From: an uncultured virus (IMG/VR IMGVR_UViG_3300037295_000360)
Taxonomy: Duplodnaviria; Heunggongvirae; Uroviricota; Caudoviricetes
Direction: 5' to 3' (one strand)
Virus record (IMG/VR): IMGVR_UViG_3300037295_000360
Span: 1-64,000 of that record
Length of the DNA: 64,000 bases
The position numbers and the translations under genes were made by a program. The notes under the pieces are model-generated. The model was given only the letters and a program-made list of their open reading frames with translations, ran no database searches and was not told the origin of the DNA. Shown one piece after another: positions 50,543 to 60,422 of this stretch (the stretch's first letter is position 1; each line of letters starts with the position of its first letter).

Positions 50543-51136
50543 ATGAAAAAAGTAAAATTATTTGAAGAATTCATTAACGAAAAAACAAGCGGTGAGATAT
50601 TTAATCCTAAAAGAGGCAAAACTCTTAAATTTGATTATAAAAAGTATCCAGAACTTGCAGGTGAATTTTATAATTTAATTTCAACAGCTTATGCTGAAAT
50701 AGGTGGACATGCAAAAATAAATTCACCGGATGATGTGTTTGCAGACTCAGAATGGAATTATTGGGAAGGAATTGATATTCACGGGGACAATGATTTTGAC
50801 ATGATAATGTTTGGTAAGAAAACTAGATTCGGCATAAAATATTCAGGTGTCGGACATGATGGAACAAGTGCAGCTAAACGTGAGTACATTACCACAAGAG
50901 GAAATGAATTACAAAAACTTGGATTTTATATAGAAGTATCAGGTAAGATTGCAGAGATATTATTAGGTAAGTATGATGTGCCAGTTGTTTCTGATATAAA
51001 CATTATCGAAAAGGTTCTTGGAAAAAAGGTTGAATTTCTTGGAAATAAAGAAGGAATGCCCGGAAATGGTTGGTATTCGAGAAAGCTAGGAGGTTCGAGT
51101 CATGATAAAATATTATTAGGTAGACCAAAGATTTAA
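50543..51136 (+). CDS. KLFEEF-family protein
   Basis: MKKVKLFEEFINE. Confidence 0.7.
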   Translation: MKKVKLFEEFINEKTSGEIFNPKRGKTLKFDYKKYPELAGEFYNLISTAYAEIGGHAKINSPDDVFADSEWNYWEGIDIHGDNDFDMIMFGKKTRFGIKYSGVGHDGTSAAKREYITTRGNELQKLGFYIEVSGKIAEILLGKYDVPVVSDINIIEKVLGKKVEFLGNKEGMPGNGWYSRKLGGSSHDKILLGRPKI

Positions 51137-51209
51137 TTAAAATAAGTGATATAAAGTTTTTTTATATCACTTATTTTGTTTATATTTACATATAAATCAA
51201 AGAAACATT

Positions 51210-51686
51210 ATGAAAATAGCATACCTCCATGGTCTTGAATCAGTTATAGATGAAAAGGACCCTAAGATTATTTTTTTAAGACAACAATTTAGCAGTGTAT
51301 ATGCACCGGATATTAATTATAAAGAAAAAGACTTCTTTAAAAAAATATTATCGAACGTATCTAAATTAGCACCCGATTTGATTGTAGGGTCATCTGCTGG
51401 TGGATATATTTCTTATTTAATAGGAAGTAAACTATCAATACCGACACTCTTGTTTAATCCTGCAATGGTTGGAAGATCATTTGAGCCAGTAGTTGACACC
51501 ACGGATTTAAAAAACACAAAACATACTATATATTTCGGTAATAAAGACACTGTGATTGATGGAAATAAGGTTAAATCTTTTTTTAAAGAGGACGGTGTAG
51601 GTTCATTTGAATATAATATATATAGTGGTGGACATAGAGTCCCTGTTGATGTTTTTATAAATTCAATTAAAGTAGTACTAACTTAA
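51210..51686 (+). CDS. Alpha/beta hydrolase (YqiA-like esterase)
   Basis: YLHGLES, GSSAGG, NPA, D.VI, GGH. Confidence 0.88.
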   Translation: MKIAYLHGLESVIDEKDPKIIFLRQQFSSVYAPDINYKEKDFFKKILSNVSKLAPDLIVGSSAGGYISYLIGSKLSIPTLLFNPAMVGRSFEPVVDTTDLKNTKHTIYFGNKDTVIDGNKVKSFFKEDGVGSFEYNIYSGGHRVPVDVFINSIKVVLT

Positions 51687-51718
51687 ATGAGATATATAAC
51701 ACAAAAATGAAACAGAAA

Positions 51719-52198
51719 ATGAAACATATTAAACTATACGAAGATTTTATAAACGAGAAAATAGAAAATACAGGCAATACGGGTGGCCAATCGTATGATA
51801 TGCAACAGGTCATGAAATCATTACTTACTAAACTAGGCGGTGATTGGGAAATAAAATCTTCTGATACTTCAAGGGTAAACACACGCGGCGAAAGAATCTC
51901 TGCATTTCCTACTGATTCAAAGTCAAAAATTAAAAGTATTTATGTTGAAGATTTGGAAATCATGCGACGAAGCGGTGGTAACACTGTTGAAAATAAAATA
52001 GAAGTTGAATTTACAAGTAAAAAACCTCTGATCATCACACTAGAATATATAGATGCATATGCACCAGCTTCTGCACGTGATGCAAGCGACAGTAAATCTT
52101 CTGTACTACATTCTGAAATGATTAAAGCCAATGGAGGCAAATCTACAGGTGCGTTTTTAGCACATCACATACCAACAATCATTAAATATATAAAATAA
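51719..52198 (+). CDS. KLFEEF-family protein
   Basis: MKHIKLYEDFINE. Confidence 0.7.
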   Translation: MKHIKLYEDFINEKIENTGNTGGQSYDMQQVMKSLLTKLGGDWEIKSSDTSRVNTRGERISAFPTDSKSKIKSIYVEDLEIMRRSGGNTVENKIEVEFTSKKPLIITLEYIDAYAPASARDASDSKSSVLHSEMIKANGGKSTGAFLAHHIPTIIKYIK

Positions 52199-52203
52199 AA
52201 GAA

Positions 52204-52656
52204 ATGAAACACATTAAACTATACGAAGATTTCGTAAACGAAGGTAAACTCGATTTCATGATAAGTCAACCTATTATAATGAATGATCTTAAATATACAA
52301 TTCTTAAGGTGAAGGATGATGTTGTTGATGTTGTTGATGCAAGAAAAAACCCTAAATCGTTTAGTTTAAAGGCGGTAGTATCTCAAAACACTGGAATAGA
52401 TGTTAAACCAAAAGCTGCCAAGAAGGAAACCACATTAAATCCGGAATGGATAAAGGCATATACAAAGGCAGAATATAATAAGATACTTAAAGGCGTGGTA
52501 GCTGACAACGGAGGTACTGAGAACGCATATGATTTAGCACAAAATCTTATAATAGATCCACGCATGAGAACAAAACTATTTAACGATTATCCAATGCTTC
52601 GCACCATGGACAAATATATTGAAAGACTTCAATGGGATATTGAATCACGGATATAA
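52204..52656 (+). CDS. KLFEEF-family protein
   Basis: MKHIKLYEDFVNE. Confidence 0.7.
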   Translation: MKHIKLYEDFVNEGKLDFMISQPIIMNDLKYTILKVKDDVVDVVDARKNPKSFSLKAVVSQNTGIDVKPKAAKKETTLNPEWIKAYTKAEYNKILKGVVADNGGTENAYDLAQNLIIDPRMRTKLFNDYPMLRTMDKYIERLQWDIESRI

Positions 52657-52695
52657 AAACCAAACATAAAAACCAAACATAAAAACACAGACATT

Positions 52696-53019
52696 ATGAA
52701 ACATATTAAACTATACGAAGATTTCGTAAACGAAGCATCACTTACTGTTAAAGTGCAAAAAGAATTAACCGACATTGTAAAATCAGTCTCTGATAAATTA
52801 ACAGTAAGAAGTATAAAAAAGAACTTCTTAGGATATCCTAGTTTAAGATTTAATGGTTCTAAACAAGACTTTGAACTATCAATTTCAGGTGACAAAATTA
52901 TGATGTATATTGATAATGGGGATGCTGTAGAAACATTAGACAAATTCGATGTCAATCTTAAAAAATCATCAGAAGAAATAAAAAAATATATACAAGATAA
53001 TCTATATAAATTTGTATAG
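52696..53019 (+). CDS. KLFEEF-family protein
   Basis: MKHIKLYEDFVNE. Confidence 0.7.
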   Translation: MKHIKLYEDFVNEASLTVKVQKELTDIVKSVSDKLTVRSIKKNFLGYPSLRFNGSKQDFELSISGDKIMMYIDNGDAVETLDKFDVNLKKSSEEIKKYIQDNLYKFV

Positions 53020-53192
53020 CAGTTGAGTCTAAAGAAATCCGGAAAGCAAAAAAATGACCAGGTAACCATGTTAAAGGACAGAGAGTTTTAATGAAATTCT
53101 ACGTATCTTAAAATCCGCATCCCTAAAATAAATTGTTAAAATTAAAACAATATTGGATATTGAATCACAAATATAATAAACAAAAACTAAAC

Positions 53193-53600
53193 ATGAAATA
53201 CGTAAAACTATACGAAGAATTCGTTAATGAATCTTGGCCATTTAACGAAAAACGCCACATCAGCAAATCTGAAGAGCAAAAACTCTCAAAGTATGCAAGT
53301 AAGAATAGTATTTTCGATGACAACAATGGGTCAGTAGCCTCCTTTGTAAACGACAAAAAATTCCAGACAAACAATGAAGAAAAAGCTTGGGAGTTATTTG
53401 AAATATTTACAGGGGCAGGAAATGTAGTTGACGCTATTAAGTTTGCCGCTGATTATACATGGATATCTCACGATGAATTATATGCTAAAGATAATCGTAA
53501 TGCTCTTAGTCAGATTACTGATATACTAGTTGACATGCTCGAAAGACGTTCAGCACAAGACGTAATAACATTAAAGAAAATGAAATTTTTAATAAACTAA
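53193..53600 (+). CDS. KLFEEF-family protein
   Basis: MKYVKLYEEFVNE (start moved from 53133). Confidence 0.7.
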   Translation: MKYVKLYEEFVNESWPFNEKRHISKSEEQKLSKYASKNSIFDDNNGSVASFVNDKKFQTNNEEKAWELFEIFTGAGNVVDAIKFAADYTWISHDELYAKDNRNALSQITDILVDMLERRSAQDVITLKKMKFLIN

Positions 53601-53611
53601 TATAAATAAGT

Positions 53612-54340
53612 ATGAAACATATTAAACTATATGAAGATTTCATAAACGAATCAATTGTTAGTGATATTAAAGATTTCGCACTTGGAATAAAATCAGATGA
53701 TGATAGATTAATACAGACTCTTATTAATAATGTAGAACTTTTAGAAAATCTAGAAATAATCCGAGGCGAAATAGAATTTCAATATGGTGAGAATAGATTT
53801 AAAATTTTTAAAGCAACGTGTAGTTTTATTGGACCTGATACGGGAGGTAAACGTCTGGAAATCGATTCTAAAAAAACAGGTAAGTTATACATAAAATTAA
53901 AAAAGATAACAGACGACATTGAACAACGTGAATTCGCTGCCACTTTAAAGTTATCTGCTGCAAACAAGGTGGTTGAATTTGAAAATGTAATTAAACATGC
54001 AGGTGGAATAGAGGAAATTTCAAAGACCCTAATAGACAAAATACAATCCCAATCAGGTAGTTTTAATAGAGGAGACATTAGATATAATAATAATGAACTA
54101 ACACTACTAGCCGGCACAGATACATCATATGAAGACGTCAATCTGTTAATTGTTAATTTTAAAACAGGTCAATTAAGACTCACAATTAGTTATGCAGCCT
54201 ATTCGAATTATGTCGATGTCAGCGGTGAACTGGATAAAAAGAATCTTAATTATCTAAAGAAATACATACAGATAGCTGGTGAATTACAAAATAATAAAGA
54301 AGCAGATAGAGCATCATTAATCAAAAAAATGTTAAAGTAA
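53612..54340 (+). CDS. KLFEEF-family protein
   Basis: MKHIKLYEDFINE. Confidence 0.7.
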   Translation: MKHIKLYEDFINESIVSDIKDFALGIKSDDDRLIQTLINNVELLENLEIIRGEIEFQYGENRFKIFKATCSFIGPDTGGKRLEIDSKKTGKLYIKLKKITDDIEQREFAATLKLSAANKVVEFENVIKHAGGIEEISKTLIDKIQSQSGSFNRGDIRYNNNELTLLAGTDTSYEDVNLLIVNFKTGQLRLTISYAAYSNYVDVSGELDKKNLNYLKKYIQIAGELQNNKEADRASLIKKMLK

Positions 54341-54402
54341 TGAAAAACACTAAACTACATGAAGATTTCGTAAACAAATCAGATGATATTATCTTAGGAT
54401 AA
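54340..54402 (+). pseudogene. Cargo-less KLFEEF leader remnant
   Basis: MKNTKLHEDFVNKSDDIILG*. Confidence 0.5.
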
Positions 54403-54907
54403 CATATCCACCCTAGGTAAACAGAGAAGGATCCCCATAAAGGATCCTTCTGTCGTTTAGCAAGACCCCCTGACATGCCCTCACCCTACTGGAAACCACA
54501 TGGGATAGGATTAAACATCACACCAAGATTAAACCCCAAGATCATCTATACCCACACATCCACAAGGTCCCAAGTCGACCAAAAACCCACCCCACCGGAA
54601 CAATAAAATGTGCCACAAAAAAAGACAAGTAATCAACATCAACATACATCAGCTAGATATACATATAAGATAAAATAACAAATACCTAGTAATACACAAA
54701 CCCTTAAAATAAACCTAGCCTCTCCACCCTATATTCCCTTAAAGTATTAAAGAATCATTCCTACCTACACACCTGCCCGTGTAAGGACCCTCCAGTTGCC
54801 GGTTCTAGTGATTTAAATGTTTAATGGATATATACGTGATTTAAGTTCTCACATGTAATGATATTAATCCTACCCATAAATCTATCTAAGCATCAAAGTC
54901 ACTATAA

Positions 54908-55041
54908 GTCCCTAAGTACCTAAATATCCCTAAATATCCCTAAATATCAATAGATATGCCTAAGTATCCCTAAATATCCCTAAATATCCCTAAATATCAA
55001 TAGATATGCCTAAATATCCCTAAATATCAATAGATATGCCT
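54908..55041. repeat. 10-bp tandem array (CCTAAATATC x ~10 interspersed with AATAGATATG x3)
   Basis: Directly visible, non-coding. Confidence 0.92.
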
Positions 55042-55325
55042 AAATATCCCTAAATATCAATGTCCAAAGTCCCAACTTAAACCTCTCGCCCTACCGATTC
55101 ACCCACCAGGACTCTCTCCACGTGTATGTTAGCGATATCTCAACCAAACAAAGGGCCCTTAACATGCCAAGGTGAAGAAAACTTCATTTCCCTAACAGGT
55201 AGCTTGCCGGATTGCGCCAATCAGAAGTCCAGATACCACAAGACCCTCACATATATGCAAGGGTCTAAGGTAATAGATAGGAACACCACACCCCTATCTA
55301 ATTAATTAATCAAAACTAAATTTTA

Positions 55326-56438
55326 CTATGCAACTTCAGATTCTACATCAGCTGTAGTATACTCATTAAGTGCAATTTTATTAAAGCCAAACAAGGCGTC
55401 AAATGCGTTTGATTCTCCATCTAACTGCGTTCTTTCCGCGGCTAGTGTTTCATCGTTTTGTACGTCTCTGTCAAATCGTGCAGCATCGAAGTGGACACCA
55501 CCATCAAGTGAGTAATATAATTTTTTACCAACTTGACCAACACGATTCTTTGAGAAGTACATATATCTTTTACCGTTATTTTCAGAGCCATCCCATTCCA
55601 GGTGAATCATAGCGGATGACATGTGCTTAAGTTTATTAGAACCTGAGAAGACACCCGATTTACCAACTTGTAGAATTGTTAAAAATGTAGTATACTTCTT
55701 TAATTTATTATGCCCTGTATTGTGCGAATTCATTAGAGTTAAGAACCATTTCTCTACTGCACCTCGACTCATATTTGAATCCTCTTTAACTGTGTCACAT
55801 ACTTCAGAGAATGAATCAGTAAATACCATATCATAACCTTCAGCCAAAACTTGTTCGATAACCTGCTGTGCAGAATTATCAGAGTAGTCAGCCAAAAATA
55901 ACATAGGTATTTGACCCCAGTGTGGAAATCTTTTTAAGTATCTTGACATGTCGATTTGATTCATTTCCGCAGAGATAAAAATTACCTTCTTACCAGCATC
56001 ATGTAGTTTTGAAATAAGCTCACATCCAATTGTAGTTTTACCAAGACCAGGTCCAGCCGCAAACATTACATTTGTTCCAGGTAAGAAACCACCTTCAGTA
56101 GAACAAAATTGATCAAATATTGTATTAGTAGGTAATGCATCAAAAAGACTTGCATCTATATCTAGATCGTCAAGTTTAGTAAGTTGTACATCAATTGGAG
56201 TTACAATCTTAGCGGTCTTACCTGTATTTTGTAATCCACCACCATATTCGTTATTATATGATATACTTGAATTCCATCTACCTGCTTCAGAAATATTAAT
56301 GATTCGTCCCGGGGTTAATGCTTCCATCCATGGATATTTACTAGCACCTGGTTCGATTACGATTTTGTGATCGCATATTGTAGATCTTAATTCAAATAAA
56401 TTACTTATTTTGTGGAATGTGTATGTTGTTTTTGACAT
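55326..56438 (-). CDS. RadA/Sms-like RecA-family ATPase (no Zn finger or Lon-like domain)
   Basis: GPGLGKTT Walker A, SAEM, FTDS Walker B, LKHM, KNRVG. Confidence 0.8.
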   Translation of the reverse strand: MSKTTYTFHKISNLFELRSTICDHKIVIEPGASKYPWMEALTPGRIINISEAGRWNSSISYNNEYGGGLQNTGKTAKIVTPIDVQLTKLDDLDIDASLFDALPTNTIFDQFCSTEGGFLPGTNVMFAAGPGLGKTTIGCELISKLHDAGKKVIFISAEMNQIDMSRYLKRFPHWGQIPMLFLADYSDNSAQQVIEQVLAEGYDMVFTDSFSEVCDTVKEDSNMSRGAVEKWFLTLMNSHNTGHNKLKKYTTFLTILQVGKSGVFSGSNKLKHMSSAMIHLEWDGSENNGKRYMYFSKNRVGQVGKKLYYSLDGGVHFDAARFDRDVQNDETLAAERTQLDGESNAFDALFGFNKIALNEYTTADVESEVA

Positions 56439-56535
56439 GGTGGTGGTGTTTAAGATTGATTAATTATTATATATAAATCTAATCAATTTTGGGTTAAGAA
56501 AGAAATAATTAGTGTTAAAGTTTTGTTAAAGTTTA
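56430..56535 (-). promoter_or_regulatory. ~100-bp promoter/leader repeat (minus copies also ~56650-56735, ~58375-58461, ~58675-58762; inverted copy 59134-59238)
   Basis: Reverse complement matches TTTAACA-N4-TTAACAC..TTGATTAGATTTA. Confidence 0.85.
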
Positions 56536-56969
56536 ATTGAAATAATTAATTACAGGTATGTTATTAGTGCCATCAGGATCGAGACATACATTAACATTGA
56601 TAATTCCATGAATAGCTTTGAATAACTTTTTGTTTTGAATAGACATGATGTTTAAGATTGATTAATTATTATATATAAATCTAATCAATTTTGGGTTAAG
56701 AAAGAAATAATTGGTGTTAAAGTTTTGTTAAAGTTTCTTGAGACTGAATCTTCTACTGAATGCATTATTGAATCCACTATTGAGTTCCATACTGAATCCC
56801 ATAATGCATCCCCTAGCTGGATTACCGACTAGACCAGGTATACCTAGTTTCATACTCTATTTTTAGTATTTGAATTTCTTATATAAAAAAACCAGCACTG
56901 GTGCTGGTTTTGGTTGTCTGATCAGGTGACTTATATAATGCATGTGTTTGCACACAAACAGAGCTACTA

Positions 56970-58106
56970 TTAGTTTAACGAACTACCACCTCTTAATAAT
57001 TCACGGTTACCAAATACATTTGGCATCTGGTTTTCATGGTCAAATGATTTCTTTCCAAAAAGATTACCAGCCTTAATCATTAGGTCAGTTGCATTGTAGT
57101 CTTGCATGTTAGTATCAATAATACCAGCACCATTAGATGCAAAGTGATTAATTCCATTCACAACATCCCATACTGAAGTGTTACCTTTAGCACCGCGTAA
57201 TTGATCAGAAGTTAATTGATTATATCCTGCATTGTAATATGCATTCATGTTTTCAGCGTAAGGAATCCAGTTAGATGAACGTTCTCCTGCAAATGGCTCA
57301 ATTAATCTATGACCAAATCCAATTTCACTAAGTGATGCTGGGGTAGCGTTTGCAATACGAACACGATCTGCAAATCCAGTAGGTGCAAAGTTATTTTTAC
57401 GAAGTTCGTTTAAGTTTTCAAAGAACTTCTCCATAGAACCACTATCCAATGAAGCTAGAGTATATGCTTCAGCTGCAAATTGACTTGTTAATCCATTTGA
57501 ACACCATTGGCGATTTACATATGGTAATACTTGGAAACCCTCTTTCGGTGAATTTTTAAATGTTACACCTCCTGTAAATACTTCATTTGATAATCCATCA
57601 ACGGCAAAGTTAGCCTTTGGATTAAATGCATTAATTGTAATGATTCCAGTACCTGGGTCAATTGACCAATCCTTAACATCCATTGAATGGTTGTCAATGA
57701 TGTTTTCAGCCACATTCATGAATTGTTGGTTAGATATACCAATATCGTCCCTCTTTGTAATTGCAACAACAGTCTTTGTATATGGATTAAGAACCAATGT
57801 TACTTCAGACAATTTACCTGAATTAGATGCCATTGCATTTTTCATAGTATTAATGAATTGTGCCTTTGCTTCTTTAGTAAAAAGGGTTTCAAATTTAGTT
57901 GCGAATGTGGCTGACATTCCAAGTAAGCCTAAAAGATTTTTAAAAGCTGATTTCGTTATCGTGATGCGGGTACCATTATATTCTAATGTTTCTCCATCGA
58001 TAATATTAATATCCCTGAATGGTACTACCTTGCGTAGATTTTGTGCTTCTAATGTTTGAACTTTACGTGTTTCAATTATTGTATTTGAAAGAGTTGAGAT
58101 AGACAT
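56970..58106 (-). CDS. DUF932-like phage protein
   Basis: G....NS.....V..Y..R..CSNG and S.WD..N....A. Confidence 0.6.
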   Translation of the reverse strand: MSISTLSNTIIETRKVQTLEAQNLRKVVPFRDINIIDGETLEYNGTRITITKSAFKNLLGLLGMSATFATKFETLFTKEAKAQFINTMKNAMASNSGKLSEVTLVLNPYTKTVVAITKRDDIGISNQQFMNVAENIIDNHSMDVKDWSIDPGTGIITINAFNPKANFAVDGLSNEVFTGGVTFKNSPKEGFQVLPYVNRQWCSNGLTSQFAAEAYTLASLDSGSMEKFFENLNELRKNNFAPTGFADRVRIANATPASLSEIGFGHRLIEPFAGERSSNWIPYAENMNAYYNAGYNQLTSDQLRGAKGNTSVWDVVNGINHFASNGAGIIDTNMQDYNATDLMIKAGNLFGKKSFDHENQMPNVFGNRELLRGGSSLN

Positions 58107-58156
58107 ATGATTGTTATTTTATAGTTATATATTTGTTTGATAAAAAGTTTCAGCTA

Positions 58157-58369
58157 TTAGTTGATTTTAGTTAGTGGTACCCACTGACCATTTACTATTT
58201 TGTGTGGTATACCATTACGACTAACATATTTAGTCCCAGTGGGTGTTGGATAAGATTCAGTATTAATAGACTTGTTTGCCAATGCCTTTGCCAATACCTC
58301 ATCGAAGTCTGCCTTGAATTGTGCTTTGGTTTTGTTTTGATCTTGATTAAGTGCGTTTTTCTTTGTCAT
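58157..58369 (-). CDS. Hypothetical protein
   Basis: Has its own promoter cassette. Confidence 0.6.
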   Translation of the reverse strand: MTKKNALNQDQNKTKAQFKADFDEVLAKALANKSINTESYPTPTGTKYVSRNGIPHKIVNGQWVPLTKIN

Positions 58370-58456
58370 GATTATGGTGTTTTAGATTAATTAATTATTA
58401 TATATAAATCTAATCAATTTTGGGTTAAGAAAGAAATAATTAGTGTTAATTTTTTG

Positions 58457-58669
58457 TTAAATTCTACTGATAACCATTTCCGGACGTTGAGGTTGTTTGG
58501 CAATCATATCAATAACTTGTTTTGTAGTTTCAGCTAAGTAATATTCGTTAATACTTCCATTTACATCTTCGTCAACCTTAACCTTGAATATTTCCAAATA
58601 AAAAGAATCTTTCCAATTTGGTATTGTTAATAGATTTTCAACTTCGAATTTTGCTAATTTTCTGATCAT
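58457..58669 (-). CDS. Hypothetical protein
   Basis: Has its own promoter cassette. Confidence 0.6.
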   Translation of the reverse strand: MIRKLAKFEVENLLTIPNWKDSFYLEIFKVKVDEDVNGSINEYYLAETTKQVIDMIAKQPQRPEMVISRI

Positions 58670-58854
58670 AATAGTGGTGTTTTAGATTGATTAATTATTA
58701 TATGTAAATCTAATCATTTTTGGGTTAACATGAAAATATTTAGTGTTAAAGTTTTGTTAAATTCTATATTAAACTTTAACATATATTTAACACTAAATAT
58801 TTTTAAAAGGTCTATAATTTGATTAAATTTACATATAATAATTAATACTAAAAT

Positions 58855-59058
58855 ATGAAATTAAGTGAACCGATAAATTCTCCACTAGGTGATTCGGCGG
58901 GGGAGTTAATATGGATATCATTGGGGGATTCATTCAGCGATTCAGTATGTGATTCAGTCAGGAATTCAATAGGGACATCAATACGGGATTCAGTAGTGGA
59001 TTTAGTAGTGGATTTAGTATTTAATATGGTAGTGCCCACACATGACACTAGACTTTAA
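58855..59058 (+). CDS. MKL-(xDSV)n family protein
   Basis: SDSVCDSVRNSIGTSIRDSVVDLV. Confidence 0.6.
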   Translation: MKLSEPINSPLGDSAGELIWISLGDSFSDSVCDSVRNSIGTSIRDSVVDLVVDLVFNMVVPTHDTRL

Positions 59059-59229
59059 CAAAGATCTAGTAATCTTCCATTCCTATTATGTATATTACTA
59101 GAGTCTAATGAAATAACAATCTATATTATGATTAAACTTTAACAAAACTTTAACACTAATTATTTCTTTCTTAACCCAAAATTGATTAGATTTATATATA
59201 ATAATTAATCAATCTAAAACACCACTATC

Positions 59230-59661
59230 ATGTCAAAGTTAATTAACATCAATAAAATACCTACAGTACAATTCATGGAAGGTTACACTATAGGTTCATT
59301 CCGTTTTGTAGCGCGTTCACAAGGAGGCATATTAGCAATATCAGATACAAGTGATCGTGATAATTTATACTATATGAAATATCCTGCTAGTACACTATCT
59401 GTATTTAAAAAAGGAAGTTTACAGACTATTGAATTTAAACCAGAAGGCGCTAGTTATTGGTTAACAGTATTTGCAAGGCGAGGTAACAAGATCATATTAA
59501 TTGATGAAACGATTCTAGCTGATGTTAGTGTAGAGTTAATTAACACTCTATATTATGAAACAAATCTATATAGTCAATCACAATACACAGCAGTAGCAGC
59601 AAAGACCTATAGTGACTTTGCATATATTTCCAATGTGATACCAGAAACATTAAATATATAA
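59230..59661 (+). CDS. Hypothetical protein
   Basis: Has its own promoter cassette. Confidence 0.65.
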   Translation: MSKLININKIPTVQFMEGYTIGSFRFVARSQGGILAISDTSDRDNLYYMKYPASTLSVFKKGSLQTIEFKPEGASYWLTVFARRGNKIILIDETILADVSVELINTLYYETNLYSQSQYTAVAAKTYSDFAYISNVIPETLNI

Positions 59662-59804
59662 TGTATGAAAAAACAAACAATACCCATGGCAGACGAGATA
59701 GCTCAATTGAAAGCTAAGATACTTGAGACTAAGATGACAGATCCGTTAAACTTCACAAAGATCCGCAGTCTACAAAACAAACTAAATAAGGCCCACGGTG
59801 CATA

Positions 59805-60422
59805 ATGTTTAAACCCAGCATAGCAGATAAGATAGCTGCAGTAAAGTCACAAATAACAGGTATACCTAACATACAACAGGTACCCATGACACTAGAGAAT
59901 AGTCCAGGTGACACAACTATCCAACAGCCTAAACTAACTAATGTGAACCAAACAAGTTCACAGGCTGCCAATCAAATAGACACACCACAGTCTGCACTAG
60001 CGGCAGATAAGATACCAAATACAGATACCTCAGCATCGTATAATGTGGTATATACATCGGAATTTACAGGTGAACCTGCAAATACACAAGTTAAGTCAAC
60101 TGGGTTTATGGCTAGCCTACAGGGCGCAATAAATGGCGCAATAAATGACGCAATAAATGATATATACTCTCCACCGCCATCAGACAATATTACGGTTAAC
60201 TCTAAACCGCTAGCAGACCCAGAGATTCATAGTGCACCGCCACCTAGACCTGTAAGTCGTCCGGACATTCCAACATTTAACCCATCAGTCATAGGTAACC
60301 GTCCGGACCCTGCAATCCCGGTGCAAGGGTCTCAACCTGCGTATACGCCACCTATGATGAATAACCGCACATATCAATCGACTCAGACACCTAAATTTAA
60401 GGCCTATCCGAAACCTCGCTAG
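59805..60422 (+). CDS. Pro/Thr/Ser-rich low-complexity protein
   Basis: 205-aa ORF with disordered composition. Confidence 0.5.
   Translation: MFKPSIADKIAAVKSQITGIPNIQQVPMTLENSPGDTTIQQPKLTNVNQTSSQAANQIDTPQSALAADKIPNTDTSASYNVVYTSEFTGEPANTQVKSTGFMASLQGAINGAINDAINDIYSPPPSDNITVNSKPLADPEIHSAPPPRPVSRPDIPTFNPSVIGNRPDPAIPVQGSQPAYTPPMMNNRTYQSTQTPKFKAYPKPR

Noticed and set aside
54908..55041. Possible CRISPR array
   Set aside because: 10-bp tandem units with no unique spacers; no cas operon (32069 is a stand-alone phage exonuclease)
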